Source of the DNA: a virus
Length of the DNA stretch: 64,000 nt
IMG/VR virus record: IMGVR_UViG_3300021963_000094
Span: 10,467-74,466 of that record
Direction: 5' to 3' (one strand)
Positions 9,991 through 20,600 of this stretch are shown here, piece by piece; positions within the stretch are counted from its first letter, which is position 1; each line of letters starts with the position of its first letter. Position numbers and translations under genes: made by a program. The notes under the pieces were generated by a model that did not search any database, was not told where the DNA came from, and saw only the letters and a program-made list of their open reading frames with translations.

Positions 9991-11437
9991 TCAAAATTTT
10001 TATTACGCAGCTAAAATCGGATTCGAATTCGAATTCATGTCTTCTTTCTCTAGGAAGGAGATAGCCGAGAAAATTGGGGAAGATTTAGGGAAACAGGTAA
10101 AAGTCTTTAGAAAATACCACTCTAAATTTTCCCCAACTCGTGATATTTTTAAGCTGGAGCCTGATTTTTCTGGGGGTCTTAAGATGGTTGAGCTGATAAC
10201 CGGACCCATGGATTACTTCGAGGCAATCCCCGTTTTAATTAGAATTTTAAAATGGATAGACGAAAACGGATATACTAACGAAAGATGTGCACTCCAATTT
10301 GGTCTAAGCTTTGATAGAGTAAAATATCCTTCGTTAATAGATTTTAGCCAACTAAATCCCCTGAAATTTGTTTTGGGATTTGATGAAGAATTCATCTGGA
10401 AGAAATTTCCGGAGAGAAGAGGATCTTTATATGCGAAGTCAATCAAAAGAATATCCCCTTCTAATAGATTTGTAAGAGGACATAAAGACATTCTAGGAGA
10501 CAGAAACTCATATACTGTTTACACAGAAAAAAATATGGGTGTTAATCTAACCAAGTTACAGGACGGGTATATGGAGGTTAGGTATATGGGTGGAACGGAT
10601 TATCAGAAAAAGTACACAGACATCAAAGAAATTATAGATTATCTGATATCTCATACTTTTAATTGTCTTTTGCATAACGATACTCTTACACAAAAAGAAA
10701 CATCGACCCTTAGTGAATTGATATCTAAGGTTTATAAAGAAACTGAAAGTTTTATAGATCCTGAGTCTTTCATGAGAAACTATCCAGATCTACACGTTAC
10801 TGTCGATTTAAGAGAGGATTTACAGATAATTAAAACTTATTTTAATGAGGTTAAAAATTTCCTATACAGTTTAATTGTAGATAATGGAATCACAGAAGGA
10901 TTCTTAAACTACGACACGCAAATTGCTAAGTACCAATTAAAGGATGGTAAAACAAAAACAGCTAACATGCTAAAAGATCTAGATCTGATAGAATGTGAAA
11001 TTGAAGGAAACGTAGCAAGATGTAGAATATTTGGCTGTAAGTTAGAAAACTGCCAGATAGAAGATTCCCAGTTAGTCATGAACAATGACGTAACGGATTC
11101 TAAAATCCTTGACTGCGATCTTAGTTTTAGCAACAACATTTCAAATTCGTATATAGATTCAAAGGATAGAGAAATCAGCTGCGAGGTTACTGGCGGTGTT
11201 ATTAGGTCTGGTTATATAACAAAACTGGCTGAGATATCATCTTCAACTGAAATTATCAGTAATGGTGCAGATCCTAAAGGTAAAGACAAAGGAAAAGGAA
11301 AGGGTGGAAAAATGATTAAATCCACAATTTTCCCAGATAGAAACTACGAGGATATCGTAAAACCAGAGCCTTTCGAGGATCTAAATAATCGAAGACCATC
11401 TTTTTCCGTAAACCAGCTGTATAAAAATAATAATTAA
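9977..11437 (+). CDS. Putative amidoligase-like (COOH-NH2 ligase fold) protein with a C-terminal beta-helix-like region
   Basis: TTG start overlapping the S1 gene. Motifs IGFEFEF, ELITGPM and MEVRYMGG are present. C-terminal short repeats (CEIEG/CRIFG/CKLEN/CQIED/SKILD). Confidence 0.65.
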   Translation: MKILDQNFYYAAKIGFEFEFMSSFSRKEIAEKIGEDLGKQVKVFRKYHSKFSPTRDIFKLEPDFSGGLKMVELITGPMDYFEAIPVLIRILKWIDENGYTNERCALQFGLSFDRVKYPSLIDFSQLNPLKFVLGFDEEFIWKKFPERRGSLYAKSIKRISPSNRFVRGHKDILGDRNSYTVYTEKNMGVNLTKLQDGYMEVRYMGGTDYQKKYTDIKEIIDYLISHTFNCLLHNDTLTQKETSTLSELISKVYKETESFIDPESFMRNYPDLHVTVDLREDLQIIKTYFNEVKNFLYSLIVDNGITEGFLNYDTQIAKYQLKDGKTKTANMLKDLDLIECEIEGNVARCRIFGCKLENCQIEDSQLVMNNDVTDSKILDCDLSFSNNISNSYIDSKDREISCEVTGGVIRSGYITKLAEISSSTEIISNGADPKGKDKGKGKGGKMIKSTIFPDRNYEDIVKPEPFEDLNNRRPSFSVNQLYKNNN

Positions 11438-11439
11438 GA

Positions 11440-12210
11440 ATGACTACATCAGAAGAGGCACTAATACAAGAGGTAAAGGACGACATATCTCATTCTTGCG
11501 CATTACCATATGCACTGAACGATCAGGAGATAAAAAGGATCATAAAAAGAGCGAAGGCATATTTTTATGATAACTATCAATATGCGGTAGAGGATAAAAT
11601 AATGGTGTTACCTTCACAATTATTCAGTACCCAACAATTCAGAGCGACCAGACAAATCCAATTACCAGACTGCGTTATAGGTGTTTGGGACGTGAGAGAA
11701 GTAGGAGGAGCTGGTATAGTTGGAACCCCGGATAAGGATTTTGGAGATGCTAAGCTATTAGGTTCGGAGCTTATGCTTAGCCCTTTTATAGGTGATAACC
11801 TTGTTTATAGAACAGTTTTATACTCATTTTTCGATCTTGCAAAAGCTTTTTTATTGGAGACTTTTGCATTCAATTACAACAAAAACACTAAAAGATTAAC
11901 TATAAATGGTAGAGATCCTAGTAGAGCAACTTCTTCTGGAATGACCATGGGAGGTAAAGATGTCGGGGTTAGAGCTTTTATTGCAATACCTGACGAGAAT
12001 CTTTATTCCGACGAGCTTTTTGTTAGATATGTGCTTGCTGAAGCAAAAATTAACATAGGCAGACTTTTAGGCACATTTGGCTATCAATTGCCAGGAGGCG
12101 TAACCATAAATGCTGCAGCTATTCAAGGAATTGGACAAGCAGAGAAAACCGAGGTTATGGAGATGATTAAAAGTGAAAATACGCCAAGTTACTTCCTACA
12201 GTGGAATTAA
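11440..12210 (+). CDS. Neck/head-tail adaptor protein, T4 gp13-like
   Basis: QIQLPDCVIGV, FNYNKNTKRL and C-terminal YVLAEAKINIGRLLGTF..QLPGGVTIN match gp13-family motifs. Confidence 0.8.
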   Translation: MTTSEEALIQEVKDDISHSCALPYALNDQEIKRIIKRAKAYFYDNYQYAVEDKIMVLPSQLFSTQQFRATRQIQLPDCVIGVWDVREVGGAGIVGTPDKDFGDAKLLGSELMLSPFIGDNLVYRTVLYSFFDLAKAFLLETFAFNYNKNTKRLTINGRDPSRATSSGMTMGGKDVGVRAFIAIPDENLYSDELFVRYVLAEAKINIGRLLGTFGYQLPGGVTINAAAIQGIGQAEKTEVMEMIKSENTPSYFLQWN

Positions 12211-12241
12211 TCCCAATAATTATCTTCTGCTTATATTTTCT

Positions 12242-12251
12242 AAATATATAA
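12242..12251 (+). promoter_or_regulatory. Putative late promoter motif (AAATATATAA)
   Basis: The recurrent ATATATA(A/G) motif, 7 nt upstream of the gp25-like ATG. Confidence 0.65.
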
Positions 12252-12258
12252 GGGAGAT

Positions 12259-12630
12259 ATGATCAAAATTTCGGACATATACCCAAGAAATCCAGACGAC
12301 CCGCTTTACGAGGCGGATAAGCTTGAGACTGATGATGTTGTTGAATCTACCGTAGGTATGATAAAACAGATCATGCTAACCAAGCCGGGGACTGTTTTGG
12401 GCGATCCGTATTTTGGCATCGATCTGGAATCAATGATATTTGATTTTGAGGTGTCCCAAAGTGAATTGGAAGAAGCTATATCGTTACAGCTTTATACGTA
12501 TTGTACTTTTGCTAGGGGCATTCTTAATATCGATTTTCAATTGGGATTCTTTGAAGGCGAAACAAGAGATACGTGTGTGATAGAGTTCGCAATCAAAGGT
12601 AATCCAGTTCTAGGAATAAAGGTAATTTAA
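12259..12630 (+). CDS. Baseplate wedge protein, gp25/GPW-like
   Basis: IKQIMLTKPGTVLGDPYFGIDLESMIFD is the gp25 signature; 123 aa; precedes the gp6-like gene. Confidence 0.88.
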   Translation: MIKISDIYPRNPDDPLYEADKLETDDVVESTVGMIKQIMLTKPGTVLGDPYFGIDLESMIFDFEVSQSELEEAISLQLYTYCTFARGILNIDFQLGFFEGETRDTCVIEFAIKGNPVLGIKVI

Positions 12631-12632
12631 AA

Positions 12633-14357
12633 ATGGATTTATTTAAAAAAAATCGTGCCAAGATACAAGACCTGCTCCAGGACACTCTTGAGCTAATACA
12701 AAAAAGATATAATCAAGCAAATCAGCTATTTACTGTTGCTTCTGCCTGGGGACAGATATTGTTCGTTCTACAGAACCTATCTCAACTTATTTTATTCTTT
12801 ATCGAAGACTCCATAACGGAGCTTGATATCAATAAGGCGAGCAGAGAAAGCTCTGTTTATGGATTAGCAGCTCTAACTGGACACAACGCTTCCAGAAGTA
12901 GCTGTGCAAGAGGGCAGGTAGATATCACATGGAATGGACAGGATTCTACCAGTGTAGGTGGAAGTGCAATATTAATTCCTAAATATTCTTCAATTAAATT
13001 TCAAAACGGAGGTATAAACTATCTTTTAAACCTACCACAGGACTATGCAAGATTAAACCTAACGCCTTCTACCAAAATCTCTTGTGAAATAATCGAGGGA
13101 AGTATTAGAGCTTCAACTTTTACCGGGAGTGGAACAATATTACAAAGCTACAATGTTTCCGATAGGGTAACATCCACCGTAGACAACTTCGAGGTTAAGG
13201 TCTTCGTCGACAGCGAAGAATGGAAAATATACGATTCACTTTACGATATACCTTTTAATTATAACGGATGCCTGGTTAAAACCGGTATCAATAATGGTAT
13301 TGATGTTATTTTCGGGAACACCAACTTTGGAAAAATACCACCCCTTGGGTCTACCATCCAGGTTCAATATGTTGAAACTATAGGGGTTTCTGGAAATATC
13401 AATTCGATAGATCCAGGTAAGATATCATTTGAATTTGATGATGATGGAACAGATGCTTTTGGTAATCCTGTTTCTTTAAGTGATTATTTAAAAATAACCT
13501 GTGTTACTGCTCCACAACTTGGAACAGACAAAGAATCTATTCAGCTTACAAGAATATTAGCACCTAAAACATCAAGATCTTTTGTTTTAGCAAATGCTGA
13601 AACGTATACCACATATTTTGAAAAATTTGGTACATTCTCTATTATAGAGGCATTCTCAACATTTGATGATCAATATCTCGATGATGATAATATTATTTAT
13701 GTTTTACTAGTTCCTGATATCAGACAAAAATTAAAAACGAATGAAACGTATTTCGATATAAAGGAAACTGAGTTTACCTTAACCGATTATCAAAAACAAA
13801 GACTTTTAAAAGTAATAGACGAGAGCGGGCAAAAGATTGTAACAACTGAGGTAAAAATATTAGATCCTAAAATATCTAGATATGTTATAAACGTTCTGAT
13901 TAGCATATTCGAAGGATATGACCCAAGTACAGTTAAGGGACAAATAGTCGATTCCATAAGCTCTTATTTTATAGGAATAAGAAGAAGAGACAAGATACCA
14001 AGATCTGATCTAATCGCTATTCTAGAATCTATCCCAGGGGTAGATTCTGTTACATTATTCTTCGTAAGTGAGAAAAATGAAAAATATGCTAGAAGCGTAG
14101 AAAATCTTGCAGACACAGATCCTAAGAAAAATCTAGTTCTTGGATTAGACGAGTTTGGTGATATCGTTTTTGGTAAAGATGAAATAGCAATTATAACAGG
14201 TGGATGGGGAGACAGAACTGGACTTTACTACGACCAAGGTGCTGATTATAACAAACTTTCATCTATCAACATAGATATTAGAGCAACTGTTCCGGTAACA
14301 TATAACACCGAGATTAATATGAAGAACAAGACGTTCCTAAAAAATAACAATCAATAA
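12633..14357 (+). CDS. Baseplate wedge protein, gp6/J-like
   Basis: SVYGLAALTGHNA, DVIFGNTNFGKIPPLGSTIQVQY...G.SGN, ESIQLTRILAP and IPGVDSV are typical of gp6/baseplate J. It follows the gp25-like gene. Confidence 0.85.
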   Translation: MDLFKKNRAKIQDLLQDTLELIQKRYNQANQLFTVASAWGQILFVLQNLSQLILFFIEDSITELDINKASRESSVYGLAALTGHNASRSSCARGQVDITWNGQDSTSVGGSAILIPKYSSIKFQNGGINYLLNLPQDYARLNLTPSTKISCEIIEGSIRASTFTGSGTILQSYNVSDRVTSTVDNFEVKVFVDSEEWKIYDSLYDIPFNYNGCLVKTGINNGIDVIFGNTNFGKIPPLGSTIQVQYVETIGVSGNINSIDPGKISFEFDDDGTDAFGNPVSLSDYLKITCVTAPQLGTDKESIQLTRILAPKTSRSFVLANAETYTTYFEKFGTFSIIEAFSTFDDQYLDDDNIIYVLLVPDIRQKLKTNETYFDIKETEFTLTDYQKQRLLKVIDESGQKIVTTEVKILDPKISRYVINVLISIFEGYDPSTVKGQIVDSISSYFIGIRRRDKIPRSDLIAILESIPGVDSVTLFFVSEKNEKYARSVENLADTDPKKNLVLGLDEFGDIVFGKDEIAIITGGWGDRTGLYYDQGADYNKLSSINIDIRATVPVTYNTEINMKNKTFLKNNNQ

Positions 14358-14611
14358 TGTTTAACACAGAAAGAAAGAGTTATTACGAGTATATTGAATC
14401 AACAGAGGATAAAAGAACCAACGTTGGTTTTGAATATGAAGGAAGAATATTCGAAAAGACCCTTTCTTCTATAACTTTGGGTGGAGATAACAACAGAAAA
14501 AGTATATTAAGCTCAATAGAAAGAGTTGTTTTTAGGTTAATTGAGACAACAAAAAACATTAGAAATTTTGTTAACTACAGAGTTCCTAAAAATAATAAGT
14601 ATGTTCGATAA
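14357..14611 (+). CDS. Small hypothetical protein (baseplate operon)
   Basis: 84-aa ORF coupled by TAATG overlaps at both ends. Confidence 0.65.
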   Translation: MFNTERKSYYEYIESTEDKRTNVGFEYEGRIFEKTLSSITLGGDNNRKSILSSIERVVFRLIETTKNIRNFVNYRVPKNNKYVR

Positions 14612-17600
14612 TGAGTTATAAGAATCTTTTATTTTTTAATAAATCCGGTCATCAGACAAACTTAATCTGGAATGGGGATTTCTGGGAAGCAAGATTGCTT
14701 CTCCCTAGGGTTTCTGTAGATCTTTTTGAGATTGAGCATTTTTTTATTGTGGAAAAATTTCTTGACACTAATGGAAATATTGTTTATGGATATCCACACA
14801 TAACCCCCGATATAAATTCTTTAACCTCTGCCTCTGGAATATATGGAAATTTTAAATCGGGATCTACTGTTGTAAATACTGATATTAAACCTCTTGCTGA
14901 TTATGTGGGTGCTAAAATATTTACTGAGCAATTCCCTAACGGAAACGAGGTGGTTTCTGTGGATACCACTTTAAACAGAATAACCTTAAAAGATCCAGCA
15001 ACTGCAACGGAGGGTGGGATACCCTTGTTTTTCAATCTTTGGAAATCTTCTTTCGAAACCAGCAGAAACGTTTTAGATTTTGATTCTTTTGATTCGTTTA
15101 AAGGAAATATAATCAAAGGTGCTGATTACATCACAACTTCGTCTGATATTTCAAAAATTAAACTTAGCGGAGATTATTTAAGTATCTTAGGTAACGGTGT
15201 TCCTAAGAATGCTAGAATAACAAGTATAGTTGGTGATAAGATCTATTTAAACAAAATATGTAACGTTGATCTTTCAAACAGTACTATATTTGTTTATCCA
15301 GTCGAGGAAAAAAACGATGTTTCCAATTACATATTTCAATATGAACTTTTAGAAGATCAAACACTAGATGCGCCGGTATTAAACAAATTGCAGGATTCGT
15401 ATATTAAAATAGGATATGACGGAAACGAGTCTTTCCAAAATGACATAAGAACCAGTAACGATATTGATTCTGCTAGTGTTACTATTAATATAGCTTTAAG
15501 TTCTGATGAAGAAGGAATTTTCGGAAGAACACTTGTTATAGAGGATTACTCGCTTGGATATCCTAAAATCATAGCAAGAATTGAGATCCACGGAGAGACT
15601 ATAGGCGAAGACGAAAGATATAAAACATTATTAAGCAACTTCGGTAGAAAGTTAAATTCCGAAGATGCTTACATATTAAGACCTAGCGATCCAAAAGAAC
15701 CTTACACCGATTACGAAATTGTAAACGCAAAGAGAAAAGAACTTCTATTAGAGGGTCACGAAATATTCTCTTATTTAGGGTCTTATAAGGGCTTAATAAA
15801 CGCAATTAGATTTTTCGGATATCAAGATTTAAGGGTGAAAGAATACTGGCTGAATGTTAAAAAATCAGACACAGCAACATCTGCACTCAAAGAGAATTCC
15901 GATTTCATGGACAAGATAAAGGGCAAGCCTTATAGTCAAAGTACCTTGATAGGAAATCTTTTAGATGACGAAAACTCTGGGAAGTATAAACAAGTAGAAA
16001 TATACGGTAAAAAGAAAGACGGAACATACGGATTAAAATCCCCGATAGAACAATTATTTCCTTCTTCAAGTTATAAAAAGACTGCACTATTTGGATTATT
16101 TTATGACATCAATGTTGTAGTGGATGATGAATATGATGAGTTTGGTTATCCAATCACAGAAAATGCTGATGTGTTTTCACCTGATGAGGTATTAATTAAA
16201 TTGTTTGGTTTAAAAGAAAAGCTTAAAAAAGACTACCTACCTTTAAATGCTAGAATTATAGACATCACAGGTGAGGGGGTTTATTTTGGTATCTATAAAA
16301 ACAGAACATGGATCGATAACTTAAAGATCGACGAACTTCAGCAAGGTATAGATATAGATCTTGCATTTACTCCAGAATATGGGTACATTGAGGATCTAAG
16401 ACCTTTCTATCTTAGACCTAATAAGTACATTCCGTTTGTTCCTTTTGTCGGCGAAAATCTAGCCACATATAAATACACAACATACGGAAACCAAGTAGAA
16501 CCAAAGGCTACCAATCCCAAACTAAATGGAAGAGAATCTAAAAGATTGGCTGACGCAATTAAACTTTTTTACGAAAGAAGAAATAGTGGAGAACCTAAAT
16601 ATAGACTCGGTGATGGAGATAGCAAGAACAATGGCTACCTTAAATTATTCGACGGACAAAGATATGAAGTGCCTGCTGGATTCCCAACAGTACTAGAAGT
16701 TACCACCTTTAATATAACATGGGATGAAGTTGGAAATACATGGGGTTCTTTAGAAAACAACATTGCAACTTATTCTACGTCTTTATCTTCTTGGGACGAT
16801 ACTGGTTATACTGGAAACGGATTAATAGATTCATCTTTTGATTTCAGCTTTGATACTGCCACTGGATTCGGTACTCTTTTCGATATTACCCTACCAACTG
16901 GATTAGATTTTCTTCGTCCAGAAGCAGGATCTGTTCAGCTTAAGTTTACTTCAAATGATGATGATTCTTTTCAGCTTCTTTGCGAAGTACAAAACGGATC
17001 TATCCCTGGAACCTATTACGATTCTGCGACGGGAGAAACCTCATTAAAACTTTTATGGTCTAAAGGAGATGGAATAATTGATAACTGGAAGATTGAACTT
17101 GTGAATAGCTTCCAAAGCACATTACCTCTTGAGTATTACGATTACTCATTTAATCCTGGGGGTTTTTATTCGTGGGACAATCTAAGATTCGCAGGATTCT
17201 ATGAAATAGAATGGACCGTAATCAAAAGAGGAGAAACCCCCTTCTATTACGAATTTAGAGGCGCTATAAGCGACTATTATAAATTACCAATTATACTACC
17301 GTACGACGGAATATACACTGTTAAATGCAGAGTATGGGATGGCTTCAATGATATTTGTAGTGTTAACTATGAAAATTGTATAGAGGTTAAGAAAAGAGAC
17401 ATAGAATTAACCAATATTGCCAGATTTAGGGAGACTGAGGTTTACACCTGGGATAACACTAAACAAAACTGGGATGATTATGTTTCAATGTGGTTATTTC
17501 CAGTAGAGAAAGGAAAGGATCCAGGAATTATCTCAAATCAGATTTTAAACCCTGCTGAATATGGCAATCAATTTGGAGAAGGCCAAGAGTGTAAGGTTTT

Positions 17601-20600
17601 AAAAACATACGAAGAAACAATAGGATCGGGTATCTGTGAATTTGGACTTCAAACTGTTCAAGTTGCTGGTATAACTAGTGATTATCCAGGTGGGGGTAAA
17701 GGACCAGCTATCATCACTATCGATCCTGCATATCTTCCGCATGAATTTGCTGTTGGCGATGATGTTTTATTATTAGACAATTTCAATCAGCAAATACAAA
17801 CATCCTCCACTGATACATTCACCCTTGGAGAAGGAGGAACCCTAACAGTTGGAACCGGATTGGAATTCATTGTAGGCAAAAAGGTTAGGATCTCCCATAA
17901 TTATGGAAAATATCAAATAAGTGAGATTATATCATACGATCCATTAACAGGAATTCTTGTTTTCGATGATCCATCAAAGGTTTCGGGAAGAGGAACTAAA
18001 ACGTTTACTGCAGTTTCTGGTTTTAATTTCTTTATCTTCCCTTATAGAGTTGGATATGTCGAGGTATTAATTAATAATGTTGTAACATCTCCTTCTAATT
18101 ATAGCGCAACAGATGGTGTGGTTGTATTCTTAAATTCCGGATACACTGCGGGAGATTCAGTAAAGATAAGAGAAATTATAGGACCATACGCACAGTGGGA
18201 GGTATCATCACAGAACTATTCCGGAAACTATAAAATATCATCGGTAACTTCCGACGGATTTTACATTCCATTAATAATGGACGGGAACGTAGATCCTGCT
18301 GACTTTAGCTTGATAGAAAAAGGATCAATCACTATTAACTATGAAGGTAAAAGATTTGCAAGAGTCGATTTTAACGGAAGGCTAGATACCACTCTCGGAA
18401 ATTTAATGAGCAAGCTCAACAATTCCAAAAAAGATCCTGCTTTTGCTATTGATACCATATTCAACGATTCGGAGATAGTAAATGCATTAGTGCAAGAATG
18501 GAAAGAAGTTGAATTTAAAGCACCGATAGGTTCTGGAAATTTATTTAACGGAAAGAAACTTGATATAACCACAACAGGGGGTTTATATCTGTACGATGGT
18601 CAAAACCCAGTAAAATCTTTAAGTGTTGAAATAAGCGGAGGAGTAAATCCTTATAGTGAATATATTGATTACTCTTTCGACGGTAATCTTCCGGTAGAAA
18701 ATATAAGATATTACGGAACTAAGAAATTAGACTGGGATGCTTTTGATATCTTACAGTGGGATAATTTATATGCACAAACGTGGCAATTTTATGACTATCA
18801 TAACGATTGGCTAGGAGGATTTTCTTTGTACAATCTTCAAGCCGGTGACAAAATTAGAATCGGTGCTAACACTAAAGGTATTGTGCTAGGAAACGATACT
18901 AATGACAGTAGCCCAGACTATTTGGATCTTAGAGAAGCGTGTAGACAATTAAATGCTTCAAAAGACAAAGGTGTATCCAAATTCTCTTACGAAGTTAGAG
19001 GATTTTCTAAACTTCCTAGTAAGTTTGATATAGACGGAGACACCGTAAATTCACCTTTGACCTGTTTGGCAATACCGTATAACGAAGAAACTGAATCATA
19101 CGATCTTCAAGAAAATCCAAGCGTAACAGACGGACCAACATCTATAGTTCAAGACAAGCACGGCGATATCATAATGGGCGGTGAGTATGATGTTAAATTA
19201 TTCAGATCGCCAGAAAAAATAGACGTTTTTAATATCTCGACTAGATTTCCAGGATCAAAACCAAGAAAGGTTATGACCGATGAGTACAATAACTGGTGGT
19301 GCTATGGAGACTATGCAGATATTCCTTTATTGGTATTCGATAGAGAAAACCCAGAAAACACAAAGATCTTTACATCAAGAATTATCGAAGGATTTGCTAG
19401 ACCTGATTTAAATTTTGTAGTTCCCATTCCTGACGATCAATTCCAAGTGATCTCACTTGCTATTGACGATCTAACAGGAAACTTTGTAATGTATGTTAAG
19501 TATTTCCAAAGCTATACGTCTTCTTTACCCGATTCTGTGTTTAGATTAATAGAGTATGATGCAGGATCCCAAGAGTTCAATACTATATCAACAGTAGGAC
19601 CAGTTTGGAATGTTAATAAAATATATGACCAAGGAAGTGTAGTAAGCTACCTTGGGAATTCATATGTTTCTTTATTAGGTTCTAACAATCAAAGAAATCC
19701 CACTGCCTATCCTAATTATTGGGAAAAAATATATCAGCCTAATCCTGGGGTTGTTGATTTAACTCTTTATTATATTAGACAGATGAAGTACAACTATGTT
19801 GGAAAAAAATCTGAGCTTTGGATAGCGACTAACGATGGAATTAAGATTTATGATGGAATTAAAATTAAAACTGTCAATACTGACAATTCAGGATTACACT
19901 CGAAAGACATCTATTCCATAACATTCGACGAGACTGGCGGTAAATGGATAGGAACAAGTAACGGTATAGCATATTACGATAACGGTAGATGGGGATGCTG
20001 GACACCTTCATCTAATCCGGAATTACCTATCGGTAGATCAAGAAATATAGTTAATCTAGGAAACGGAAGAATATTCTTCATGCTTCAATACGGGTCTGGA
20101 CTTTATAAGCTAATTTATTTTAACGGTATTAACTTTATCATTTATGATAATAATCCAGGAACTTCCGAAGGATTCTCTCCTGGATCTGGAGCAGATAATG
20201 ATTATGAGGATCTATATTTAGTATTGAACAAAACTAAATTTATAGATGGTGGATTCACCAGATATGTTAGCGATCTATTCTATCTTGGAGATTCCCTTAG
20301 AGGTGGTGATCCTTATGTAGATCCTTCTTATTGGGATATAACTTATGTTGGGTATTTCTCTGAAGGCAGAAACGTTTTCTTAAAGAAAATCAATTATCTT
20401 GTTCCTTATGTTCATGCCTCTGCAAAATCTCCAGGAATGCTAGGGTGGGAATTCATTTATCATCTTTCGTATAGACCTTTTGCAGATCCTATTTATGTGA
20501 AAAATAAAGGACTTGGTGATGTTGAGATCAACTTTAACTTGATAGTTGGACCTTTATATACATCATCTATTAATATAGGTAAAGATCCACAGCTTCCTTA

